From the NCBI GenBank assembly GCA_036918135.1, contig JBALDB010000015.1, forward strand, positions 32,001-96,000: a stretch of 64,000 nt of DNA. Reading direction: 5' to 3'. The position numbers and the translations under genes are program-made. This stretch comes from Nostoc sp. (lineage in GTDB: Bacteria > Cyanobacteriota > Cyanobacteriia > Cyanobacteriales > Nostocaceae). Shown here in pieces: positions 1 to 10,130 of the stretch (the stretch's first letter is position 1; every line of letters starts with the position of its first letter). The notes under the pieces were generated by a model. That model had not been told where the DNA came from and did not search any database. It saw only the letters and a program-made list of their open reading frames with translations.

Positions 1-414
1 GTTGATTTGGCCGCCCAACAGGTATTACGCCTTGGGGTAAGAAAGATTGCTGTTTTAGGATTGGCATTCAAACCAGGTACAGATGACTTGAGAGAAAGTC
101 CAGCAGTGCTGTTAGTTAAGCGATTGATTGGGGAAGGATGCCAGGTAAAAATATATGACCAAGCTGTCTATGAAGCTCGGTTAATGGGAACCAATTTAGC
201 CTATATCCAAAATAACCTCCCTCATTTTGAGGATCTATTAGTTGCAGAACCCCAACAGGCTCTGGAGGATGCAGAAGTAGTAATAGTTACCTATGCTAGT
301 CCAGAGTTTCGCCAGATATTACACGAAGCGCTCAAAGAAAAACAAATTTTCGATCTAGCTGGTGTCTTTAGTGAACCGATTAAGGAGTTAAATTATTCTG
401 GTATTGCTTGGTAA
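1..414 (+). CDS. UDP-glucose/GDP-mannose dehydrogenase family, C-terminal part (5' truncated by window); AlgD-like
   Basis: GLAFKPGTDDLRESP motif; G(T)N..YI...LPH segment and C-terminal GIAW resemble GDP-mannose 6-dehydrogenase; frame open from base 1. Confidence 0.85.
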   Translation, partial: VDLAAQQVLRLGVRKIAVLGLAFKPGTDDLRESPAVLLVKRLIGEGCQVKIYDQAVYEARLMGTNLAYIQNNLPHFEDLLVAEPQQALEDAEVVIVTYASPEFRQILHEALKEKQIFDLAGVFSEPIKELNYSGIAW

Positions 415-1255
415 ACAAAGAAGTAACTAATGAAATAACTTAAGTATTTTCTGGATATACAGGGTGTCAGTATTATGTAAATAAAAAGATTTTATGCTTA
501 ATAAGCTCAAGTTATTGTCGCAACTTTAGATTAAACACTCTGAGGCTTGTTATAAGCATCGCTTTAAGTCTGAGAAACTAAACCAAACGATAAATCCTAA
601 TTTTTGCCTTATTTTTTAACTTTGGTTGCGAACGCTATCTAAAGCGGAAAAATCTTGCATTCAGGTTTACTGAATGTACGAAATTTTAAGCGATCGCCTT
701 TAGAGTTGGAAAATTAATCAAAGGATAAATCCTGTTTTTTGTTTATACATTAAATAGGTTTTTTATCAAGCATAATTTAGATGCGTTTACCTAATGTTTT
801 CATGAGTCAAAACAATTCAATACAAGAGCTAATTCTTAAGCAAAAGGTAAAATCAAGCTCAGACAGATAAGATAGTATCAATTACTGAGACAGAAACCAT
901 ACAGAATTTTATTAGCTCAGTTTTTTGGCAGAAGCAAAAAAAGCGTGTATTATCCTAAGTTTCTCTATATCAATACTCAGAAATTGACGGAAATTCGACG
1001 GATTAAAAATCCTCTGCTAACCTTTGCTTGTAAAGGAGAAAGGCTTGAAAAGCTTAATTTTTCCATAGAGTTAAAGAAATTTAAGCCCTTCTGTGAGGTG
1101 GGGAAGGGGTTCATCGAACTTTTAAGAAAACCGCGTTTTCTTCCGCCCTTCGCGGGGGTGCGCCTTCGTTGTAGACTTACGTAAAATTGCCGAAAGTATT
1201 GTAAAACTAGCAGAATTAACTAAAAATGAGAAACTAATTTAAAGGGAAATGAGAT

Positions 1256-2461
1256 ATGTCTAATAAAGTATTAATAATTGTAGAAAACCTGCCCGTCCCC
1301 TTTGATCGGCGTGTATGGATGGAAGCTACTACGCTAACAAAAGCTGGGTATGAAGTTTCGGTAATTTGTCCCAAAGGTAAAGGCTTTGAAGAAGAATACG
1401 AGGCGATCGATGGCGTTCACATTTATCGCCACTCAATGCCACCTGATATTAGTTCGGTCTCCGGTTATCTACGAGAGTACGGTACAGCGCTTTATTGGGA
1501 GTTTCGCCTTGCTCATCAAGTGTGGCAAGAGCGGGGTTTTGATATAGTCCACATTTGTAATCCTCCAGATTTACTATTTTTGGTAGCAGGGTGGTTCAAG
1601 TTATTCAAAGGTGTAAAAGTCATATTTGATCACCATGATATCAATCTAGAGATGTACGAAGCTAAGTATGGACGACGAGACATATTCTACTATGGACTCT
1701 CCTTGGTTGAAAGATTGACTTTTGCCACAGCTGACGTAGTTATCTCGACTAATGAGTCTTACCTCTCGGTAGCACTTACCCGCGGACGCAAAAGTCCAGA
1801 AGATGTCTTCGTTGTTCGCAGCGGGCCCGATCTTTCCCGCTTTCAACCCCTACCGCCCAACCCAGTCTACCGTAAAGGACGAAAGTATTTGGTGGGATAT
1901 GTTGGTGTCATGGGAGAACCAGAGGGAATCGATTATCTACTCCAATCAGTGCGCTACATTGTCTATGAAAAGAACCGCCAGGACATTCAGTTTATGCTTA
2001 TCGGTAGTGGACCGATGTTTGAAAAGCTTCAAGAATTATCTCAAGAGTTAGAAGTAAATAAATATGTAGAATTTACAGGCCGTATTCCTGATAATGAACT
2101 TTTAGAAAGACTTTCCAGCTGTGATATATGTGCCAACCCCGATAAAAAAATGCCCTACAATGACAGTTCGACGATGAACAAGATTATGGAGTACATGGCA
2201 ATGGGAAAACCCATTGTTCAGTTTGACCTTTTGGAAGGAAGGCGATCGGCAGAAGCAGCATCTGTTTATGCAAAAGGTAATGACGTGGTGGATTTTGCCG
2301 AGAACATTCTTGAACTTCTAGAGGATACTCAGCGACGCCAGCAGATGGGAGAACTAGGTAGACAAAGAATGGTGGACAAACTAGAGTGGCGACATCAAGT
2401 ACCTAAGCTATTAGAGGCTTATAAGAAAGCTTGGCAAGGTAAGAAAGATTCCAGTCCTTAA
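1256..2461 (+). CDS. Glycosyltransferase family 4
   Basis: ENLPVPFDRRVW N-terminus, HICNPPD, NKIMEYMAMGKPIV GT-B motif. Confidence 0.9.
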   Translation: MSNKVLIIVENLPVPFDRRVWMEATTLTKAGYEVSVICPKGKGFEEEYEAIDGVHIYRHSMPPDISSVSGYLREYGTALYWEFRLAHQVWQERGFDIVHICNPPDLLFLVAGWFKLFKGVKVIFDHHDINLEMYEAKYGRRDIFYYGLSLVERLTFATADVVISTNESYLSVALTRGRKSPEDVFVVRSGPDLSRFQPLPPNPVYRKGRKYLVGYVGVMGEPEGIDYLLQSVRYIVYEKNRQDIQFMLIGSGPMFEKLQELSQELEVNKYVEFTGRIPDNELLERLSSCDICANPDKKMPYNDSSTMNKIMEYMAMGKPIVQFDLLEGRRSAEAASVYAKGNDVVDFAENILELLEDTQRRQQMGELGRQRMVDKLEWRHQVPKLLEAYKKAWQGKKDSSP

Positions 2462-2963
2462 TCCAGAAAGTAACTTTAACACTTACGCTCAAAATCTTTG
2501 AAAGAACGTGCTGCTTCTAAATAATTGATTCATGATGCGGCAGGTCATTGATAACAATCTTGTCTGAAATTTAGAATTATCTGGCAGTTTTTGCTCAAAA
2601 GCAAACCAGCGATCGCTGTTGGAAGTAGAGGATAAAGCGATCGCTACACTGGCTTGCTTTGATTCCAACCTTGGTGATGATGCTACACTAAGACTTTGTA
2701 TCACTCAATGGTAACCGCAAGCTAAATCAGCTTCAACTAGTATTGCATTTACTTTTAATAACGCTCCTCAAGATTAATAGATGTTGGCTTGAGATCGGTA
2801 AAACCAAAGCCTGTAAATGATTTGAGCGCTTTGTCACTTAAATAGTTTATACTATATGTCATATTGTAAAATAACGTTAGTTTTACCAATAGCTGTGCAT
2901 TGTACCTAGTTAGATAAAGTTCGATATTGAATTGCTCGCTTAAAACCTCTACTTTTGACCATT

Positions 2964-5192
2964 ATGTTAGAAAAATCTACCGAATCTAGAGAATCTATTG
3001 ATTTAGACCTTGGTCGTTACTTATCGACATTGAAGCGGTACTGGCTCCCTGGTGTCACTGTATTCGTTGCTACAGTTGTACTGAGTGCAGTAGCTACAAG
3101 ATTTATGAGACCATCCTATGAAGCAGAAGGAAAACTTTTGTTTAAAATTCCCTCTTATCAAGTATTAGGATCTAATCTTTTGCCGACAACCACTGAAGGA
3201 GAATCTCCTGGAGATTTAAAATCGCTATTAGCCACTCAAAATCCTATAAACACTCAAATAGAAGTCATTTCTTCCCCTGCTTTATTGCAGAAGACAATAG
3301 ATAAATTAAAACTCAAAGACGATGACGGTGAACCTTTGACAGTAAAAGCTTTACTAAAGTCACTGGTACTAAAAATTGTCCCAGGAACAGATGTGGTGAG
3401 AATTACTTATTCCAGCCATAATCCTGAAGAAGCTGCGGCAATAGTCAACACAGTGATGAATGATTATTTAGAAAACGATATTATCTCAAATCGTTCAGAG
3501 GCATCAGCAACTCGTCAATTTATTGCTAAGCAGATTCCGAAAACTCAAGAGGCTGTTGACAAAGCAGAACGAGAGCTACGTATATTTAAACAGAAAAACC
3601 GCATTACAGACCTATCAGAAGAAACAAGGTCAGCCGTTGGGATTATTGGAAATTTAAACAGCGAGATTAATACTGTTCAGGCTCAATTAAATGAAGTCAA
3701 CGCTCAAACCAATGAACTGCAGCAGAAAGTAAATTTAAATTCTCAAAACGCGCTTGCTGTAAGTAGTCTTAGTCAGTCACCTGCTGTACAAGGAATCCTG
3801 ACACAACTTCAAGATACTGACCGACAGTTAGCTACTGAGCGTAGCCGCTTCCAAGATGATAACCCAACAATTATTAGTCTGGAAGCAAAAAAAGCTAACT
3901 TAAGAGCTTTGCTACAGCAGCAAATTTCTCAGACTGTTGGTAACAATACAGAAGTTCCTCAGAATCTATTGCAGATTGGAGAACTTAGACAAACCCTGAT
4001 CCAAAATTTTCTACAGTCACAAGTGCAACGTTTTGGCTTAAGCCAAAGACTCGCCTCTTTGTATAATTCCCGCTCTAACTACGAACAGCGCATGAAAGTT
4101 ATACCACAGTTAGTACAGAATCAGCGTGAGTTAGAGCGGAAAGTTGAAGTTGCAGAATCAACATATCAAACTGTATTGAAAAAGGTTCAAGAATTACAGT
4201 TAGTTGAGAACACGAATACGCCCAGTTCTCGAATTATTGTTCAAGCTATAGTGCCTACTGACCCACTAATAATTAAAAAAATTATCGTTTTGCTGCTAGG
4301 AGTGATGTTTGGTTTATTCTTGGCTGCTACAACTATTATGTTGTTAGGTATGAGAGATAGATCTCTAAAAACACTTAAGGAAGTCAGAGATATATTTAGA
4401 TATACTTTACTGGGAATTGTTCCTTTATCTGTTAAAAAAGTTCGTTCTCGTTATTCAAGTGCAGAATCAATAACTCAAAAGATTGCTGTCCGAGATACAC
4501 CTTACTCCTTAACAAGTGAAATGTATCGGATGATTCAAGCTAATCTAAAATTTTTGAGTTCAGATAAAGTACTCAAAACAATTGTGGTAACTAGCGCAGT
4601 TCCCAAAGAAGGTAAATCTACAGTTTCAGCTAATTTGGCAGCAGCGATCGCTCAGTTAGGACGTAAAGTTTTATTAATTGATGCAGATATGCGAGTTCCT
4701 TCTCAGCATCATCTGTGGCAACTAACCAATGCAGTTGGTTTAAGCGAGGTTCTTGTCGGTCAAGCTGAATTTAATATAGCTGTATCTAAAGTAATGGATA
4801 ATCTTGATGTATTAACTGCTGGAGTTAGACCTCCTAACCCACTTGCTCTGCTTGACTCAAAACGTATGGCATCATTAATTGACAATTTTTCATCTCAATA
4901 TAACTATGATTTTGTAATTATTGATGCTCCTCCGCTTCTTTTAGCGGCTGATGCTTTGACTTTAAGCCAAATGACTGATGGGATTTTATTAGTGGCTCGA
5001 CCTGGAGTAATTGATTCTAACAGTGCTAACGCTGCTCAAGAGATGTTAGAGAGATCTAACTATAATGTCTTAGGTTTAGTGGTCAATGGAATCATTGACA
5101 AAAATGAATCTAGTACTTATTTGTATCATGGTCACGAATATTTTCAACCAAGAGAGTTAAAAAAAGAGCTTAAGGGACTTGCGAAAAAATAA
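2964..5192 (+). CDS. wzc: Wzc/GumC-type polysaccharide co-polymerase with tyrosine autokinase domain
   Basis: Two TM helices flanking a coiled coil; Walker A PKEGKST, LIDADMR, VIIDAPP; C-terminal Tyr residues. ATG 2964 preferred over TTG 2955. Confidence 0.9.
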   Translation: MLEKSTESRESIDLDLGRYLSTLKRYWLPGVTVFVATVVLSAVATRFMRPSYEAEGKLLFKIPSYQVLGSNLLPTTTEGESPGDLKSLLATQNPINTQIEVISSPALLQKTIDKLKLKDDDGEPLTVKALLKSLVLKIVPGTDVVRITYSSHNPEEAAAIVNTVMNDYLENDIISNRSEASATRQFIAKQIPKTQEAVDKAERELRIFKQKNRITDLSEETRSAVGIIGNLNSEINTVQAQLNEVNAQTNELQQKVNLNSQNALAVSSLSQSPAVQGILTQLQDTDRQLATERSRFQDDNPTIISLEAKKANLRALLQQQISQTVGNNTEVPQNLLQIGELRQTLIQNFLQSQVQRFGLSQRLASLYNSRSNYEQRMKVIPQLVQNQRELERKVEVAESTYQTVLKKVQELQLVENTNTPSSRIIVQAIVPTDPLIIKKIIVLLLGVMFGLFLAATTIMLLGMRDRSLKTLKEVRDIFRYTLLGIVPLSVKKVRSRYSSAESITQKIAVRDTPYSLTSEMYRMIQANLKFLSSDKVLKTIVVTSAVPKEGKSTVSANLAAAIAQLGRKVLLIDADMRVPSQHHLWQLTNAVGLSEVLVGQAEFNIAVSKVMDNLDVLTAGVRPPNPLALLDSKRMASLIDNFSSQYNYDFVIIDAPPLLLAADALTLSQMTDGILLVARPGVIDSNSANAAQEMLERSNYNVLGLVVNGIIDKNESSTYLYHGHEYFQPRELKKELKGLAKK

Positions 5193-5218
5193 AAACTTTC
5201 ACAGTTTATGTTTACTCG

Positions 5219-5890
5219 TACCAATTCCTTTATAATAAGGCAAAATTAGCGGAGCTTTCCTTGCTCCGCTTGTGGGCAAGGTTTAATGGTATCAATATGA
5301 TTGCAATAATGGTCTGATTATGATGTTTGCCAAATCATCGGTTATATGGAATTGTGAGTGAAACGACGCAATCATAAGATTTTCGGGATTGCTTACCTCA
5401 GGTTTGAATGAGGTTATTTGAGCAAACATGAGATCGAAGAATGAAAGCTAAGACTTATGTATTGTAGATTGCACTCTTGAGTCAGCCATTTTTGAATTTG
5501 GATGTAACTCTTAAATTATTGAGGTTGACTGAGACGTTCTTTGAGTTGGCTCATAACATTTGCTGGTATTAAACCTGGCTTACCAAGAGGTATTTTGACT
5601 TCCAGCAATGCATCGATCCCGCCTTGCTGATACCGTCTTAACCAACAATATACTGTTGATTCATCTCGTCCTAATCGCTGCGACAGTTCTTGCCTTGTTG
5701 CGATCGCTTGAGTTTTGAACCAGCAGAGCATTTGTACTCTCTGTTTCGTTGCAGCAGTTACCGCCTGACGCAATCGGTGTTATAATTCTTCACTACTTTC
5801 ACGCACATTCCACCGGAAATTGATTAACCATGCTCCTGCATCCCGATCTATCCCTCAATTAATTTAGTGCATCTTCATGGAGAATTGGTA
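5219..5890 (-). mobile_element. Degenerate IS630-family element
   Basis: Inverted ends TACCAATTC (5219-5227) and GAATTGGTA (5882-5890) around a broken HTH-type transposase N-terminus. Confidence 0.65.
5450..5831 (-). pseudogene. IS630-type transposase N-terminal HTH fragment (frameshift, stop, no DDE domain)
   Basis: ORF 5516-5773 (LGRDESTVYCWLRRYQQGGIDALL) continues past a stop as FKSYIQIQKWLTQEC; upstream ATG 5831 is out of frame. Confidence 0.75.
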
Positions 5891-6023
5891 TAAGTCATAA
5901 AAGTGATTGCATCGCCAAAATAGCGCGTTTTTAGTTGGTTTATAAATTACAAAACAGGTTGTAGACAAAAACTTTGTATAAATCAGAATTTTGTCATACA
6001 ACCCGATACCATGCTATTGATTA

Positions 6024-7421
6024 CTACTGCATTTCGTATGCTCCTCTATCGGGTCCTGAACCCCTTACACGAGGGTTGCCTAGAATATCGGTTGTTAAAT
6101 AACTAAACTTAGAACCACTATTGATTGCTCGACTGGTTGATTTAAGTCTAAAATCGCCTCCGGAGGCATTAACAAACTGTGGATCTGCGATAATATCATT
6201 CGGACCACTACCACTTGCATCATAACCGTTATTGTTGTAAAGGTTATAGTTAAAAGTAGTATTGGTATTTTTGCTACTGTCTACATTTATCGGTGCGCCA
6301 CTTCGAGAATAAAGGATGTTATTGAGAACTTGGACATTACGGGTATCATTGAGCGAGATTTGCCCATATGGAATTCCTGGAGACTGGTTATTCAGATAAG
6401 AAGTGTTATGGATAATATCGAGCTTGTCACTTCTGAATGCATGAATGCCGCCACCACCATTTAGGTATACGACGTTGTTGGCAACCAAACTATTGCCTTG
6501 ATATCCAGATTCTCTTAAGCGATCAAAAATTATTCCGTTACCATCTTGGATCTTGCCGTTAAAAATCCAGGGAACATACATTCGATTTCTGTATACCTTG
6601 TTCCTTGTTATGATATTTCTATACTTCTGGCTATTGTCATTGCCATAGTTCCAATTTCTGAGCATCGAAATGCCACTACCCCCAAACGGTGAATACCAGG
6701 CATTATTGAATATTTCGTTTCCATCCACTGTCAGATAGTCAGTTTCAAGTGCTGAAATGCCTCCTGCTCCACAATCATGTAGTTTGCTGTTGAGAATACG
6801 TACATGATGAGGATGAGCTTTTGTTCGTCCATCTACACTGATACAGCTTCCACTTGTTAGCGGGTTGTTAGTATTCTTCTTTTGGCTCAGGGCATAACTA
6901 AGAGTTATATTACTATTGTTTCCTTCAACTTCCAAATCGTTTACTTCGATATACGAAGCTCCATCTTTAATCCAAATTCCATGCCATCCATCGAACTTAA
7001 TTTTCGGCGAATGTCCAGGATACGCTTTATATTTAATCCATGCATTTGCCGAACCAGAGCGTGTAATATCTATTACTGTTCCATTTGGGTTTGAATTCGT
7101 GTATACTCCGTTCATCAGGAGTACTGTGTCGCCAGGGTTGGTAAGGTTTGCCGCCCTTTGAGGTGTTCTAAAGGGAGATGATGCAGTAAGTCCGCTATTT
7201 GTATCTTTTCCACTACCACTAACATAGTATGTTGTCGTAGCAGCCGTAGTAGCACTGATTAGGTTGCGGTTAGGTAGTTTCTTTTCCTGAACAGTAGATG
7301 ACAGAGGAACATCTGTAACTACAGACTCTGTTATTTTCTGTCCTTGAAGCATACCAGTTAATGCCCAGGGAAGTACAACAGATGCACTCAAACTGAGAAA
7401 ACTTAAACCATGAATCATCAT
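6024..7421 (-). CDS. Secreted right-handed parallel beta-helix protein (pectin lyase-like fold, DUF1565-like)
   Basis: YYVSGSGKDTNSG...PFRT, PGDTVLLMNGVY, repeated beta-helix turns, C-terminal DILGNPR...DRGAYE; hydrophobic N-terminus; start uncertain. Confidence 0.8.
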   Translation of the reverse strand: MMIHGLSFLSLSASVVLPWALTGMLQGQKITESVVTDVPLSSTVQEKKLPNRNLISATTAATTTYYVSGSGKDTNSGLTASSPFRTPQRAANLTNPGDTVLLMNGVYTNSNPNGTVIDITRSGSANAWIKYKAYPGHSPKIKFDGWHGIWIKDGASYIEVNDLEVEGNNSNITLSYALSQKKNTNNPLTSGSCISVDGRTKAHPHHVRILNSKLHDCGAGGISALETDYLTVDGNEIFNNAWYSPFGGSGISMLRNWNYGNDNSQKYRNIITRNKVYRNRMYVPWIFNGKIQDGNGIIFDRLRESGYQGNSLVANNVVYLNGGGGIHAFRSDKLDIIHNTSYLNNQSPGIPYGQISLNDTRNVQVLNNILYSRSGAPINVDSSKNTNTTFNYNLYNNNGYDASGSGPNDIIADPQFVNASGGDFRLKSTSRAINSGSKFSYLTTDILGNPRVRGSGPDRGAYEMQ

Positions 7422-8254
7422 AGGGAAAAAAAGGTTATGTTGCAAAAACTGAACTGTCAACGGTTACTAACTCTAGCCTTAGTAAGTAACTCAGCGTTCA
7501 ATACGAGCGTATAACTGCCGTTTGTAAGTTTATACACGGTTTTTTAGGTTTTAACCTGCGAATTTCCGCGTAAATATTGTGGAAATGCTTTTTGAGATTG
7601 TGTTCCAAAAATTGGTAAAACTGCATAAAAAATACTGAAAATAGATTATCAGTATCCATAATTACCTTTTTAATGGACACCAAGCATCCGTACAAATGGC
7701 ATCATTTCTAATTGGACATCATTCTACTGTGTATATGTGGGATCTGTAATTAAGATCGTGTATATCTCATCAATCACTTAATTTACTTAAATAATACTTA
7801 TATTAATAAGAATCATAATATGGGTAAAAACAAGACACAGACTAGTATTGCTCACCTTGGATTCTAAAATATTCTCATTATCAGAAGAATTTAGAGTAAC
7901 TATAATAAACTTTTAAAAAGGCTATCAATGCAGTTAGAAAATTTTCCGTAAAATTTATAGGTTATATAATATTTGTCAATAAGTAATAGTACTCAAGAGT
8001 ATGTGAAATCTTTGTTTTATACTCAAATTTTATTTTTGAGTAAGCGATAACCTAAGGGCAGCCTATTCTGTAACTTACTCTTGTTTTGCATTATCAATCT
8101 ATAGTTGTTTTGTGTTTATTCTTAAACTATTGAACCTTAACTGATGGCTTAATTTATTGTGAAGCACTTGCTTTTCTAGGAGTATGGATGTAATGATAAT
8201 AAGATTATGGGGACAGGAAAGGTTAACCAAAGCCCCCAATTTAACCGGAATAAA

Positions 8255-9724
8255 CTAAAGTCCGAATAGCCTCAAAACACTGAAGATAAGACCTAGAGGC
8301 GAAGCCACAAGGCCTGCGGTATCGCCGACTTTTGCTCCGCCGGAGCGACTGACTACTACAACATCATTATTGCGAAGTATGGGATTAGTTTGCTCGTTAA
8401 TCCCAGCCGAGAAATCGACTTTTACTACACGTTTAGTGACAGAACCATTAGGATTAAGACGAATCAAATCAACAGCATCATCACTAGCTCTAGCATCATT
8501 AAATCCGCCAGCAGCAAGTATAGCTTGATTTAAAGAGCTATTCGGCTGAATTTGTGTTAATCCTGGCTTTTTAACTTCCCCAACTACACCAACTTGAATG
8601 TTTGCAGGAGACAAAGTAGTTGTAGCTAGTTGAGTTGCTTCTGCTGGGTTGATTTCAGTTGCTGTTGGGATAACAATTGTATCTCCGTCTTGGACGATGA
8701 TATCTTGATTGGCATCACCACTCTGCAACAATTGCCAAAGATTGATATCTATGGCTTGTTCTGAGCCAGTCCTTGTAAGTCGGCGTAGCTTAAGATTACG
8801 AATATCTGCTTGTGCTGTAATTCCACCGGCTAATTGAATTACTCGTGTTACATTTGGTAGACCAGTAGGAGTAGCTGTACCACTGTTAGGGGTTGCGCTT
8901 CCCTGATCGTTTAGGCTACCAGGGGTAACTAAATAGGAACCTGGACGGTTAACTTCACCAATAATTGTTACTGTGCGGGGTGTGGTTTGACTGGCGGCAA
9001 AGTTAGCTGCAAATAAATTGCGCGATTCTGCTACGTCAAAGTTACTTGCAGTTGGCACAACTATTGTGTCTCCATCCCGCAAGGTAATATCTTGTGATAA
9101 TGTACCTGTTTGGATAAGTTGCTTCAAGTTTAGAGTGACGACTTGCTCTGAAGAACGTCCAAATTTGCGCCGTAATTGAACTTGAGTTACATCCGCAGCC
9201 AGTGTCACTCCTTGGGCTGTTGTCAATGCAGCTAATACAGTAGGATATTGTACGCCTGGATTGTCTCCAGCGCCTCCGCTCAAGCTCAAAGTATAAGCTC
9301 CTGGACGTGTCACCTCTCCAGCAACAAAAACATTGATCGGACGAGGTGATAATAAATTGACTGAGATCAAAGGACGTTTGAGGAAGCGAGCATATCTTCT
9401 AGCTATTTCATCAGATGCCTGTTCGGTTGTTAATCCAAGAACTGGAACACTGCCAATTAAAGGTAGGTTAATCGCTCCTCCTGGGGGAATTTGGTATTCA
9501 CCTGTATATTCTGGTACTTCAAATACATTTACACGTATGCGATCGCCCCCTCCTAATAAATAATTAGTATCTAATTGTGTTTGTGTATTCGGTATTTCTG
9601 TAGCTGGTGCTGCTGGTTGACCCTGAGCTAGGCTAGCAAAAGGTACAGCAACATTGACAGCAGTTAATAAAGCTGCACCCACAAGTGGCTGAGTAAGCGA
9701 TTTAAACAAATTTGTCTTAAGCAT
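8255..9724 (-). CDS. wza: Wza-type polysaccharide export protein with SLBB repeats
   Basis: YLLGGGDRIRV...GAINLPLIG export domain, three GEV..PG SLBB repeats, signal peptide. Confidence 0.9.
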   Translation of the reverse strand: MLKTNLFKSLTQPLVGAALLTAVNVAVPFASLAQGQPAAPATEIPNTQTQLDTNYLLGGGDRIRVNVFEVPEYTGEYQIPPGGAINLPLIGSVPVLGLTTEQASDEIARRYARFLKRPLISVNLLSPRPINVFVAGEVTRPGAYTLSLSGGAGDNPGVQYPTVLAALTTAQGVTLAADVTQVQLRRKFGRSSEQVVTLNLKQLIQTGTLSQDITLRDGDTIVVPTASNFDVAESRNLFAANFAASQTTPRTVTIIGEVNRPGSYLVTPGSLNDQGSATPNSGTATPTGLPNVTRVIQLAGGITAQADIRNLKLRRLTRTGSEQAIDINLWQLLQSGDANQDIIVQDGDTIVIPTATEINPAEATQLATTTLSPANIQVGVVGEVKKPGLTQIQPNSSLNQAILAAGGFNDARASDDAVDLIRLNPNGSVTKRVVKVDFSAGINEQTNPILRNNDVVVVSRSGGAKVGDTAGLVASPLGLIFSVLRLFGL

Positions 9725-10130
9725 ATTTCACTGAGATTCTCAAATTACGATTAATAAAGTACTGTCTAAACATTTTTATTTTGACTATACCTAACTATTC
9801 AAGTTCCCCAACACTCTTATTTTCCTTGAAAAGTGTGATTTTCCGGAAAAAATTTGTTGATTAAATTTGAATTTTTAGTGAAGTTAATTTAAAGTTGACT
9901 TTGTTGCAATATAACAATTATCAAAAAATATAATATATTGGTAAACTAACGTATTTTATTCCATAAATTGAATGTCATAAAATGAGTTAATTACTAATAT
10001 ATTTTTCTCCAATAGTAAATTTAATTAAGACTTGAATTGTGATTTCAACTGCTGTAAATAATAACAGTTATTGTCAAAATTATCATCAGCACTATTAAGT
10101 TGTCAGACAGAGAATTAATTGGCAATCAGC

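Noticed and set aside
945..1184. 79-aa ORF upstream of GT4
   Set aside because: GTG start, no recognisable motif, lies over probable promoter DNA
2489..2704. 71-aa minus-strand ORF
   Set aside because: Antisense to the operon direction, spans a HIP1 hairpin, no protein features
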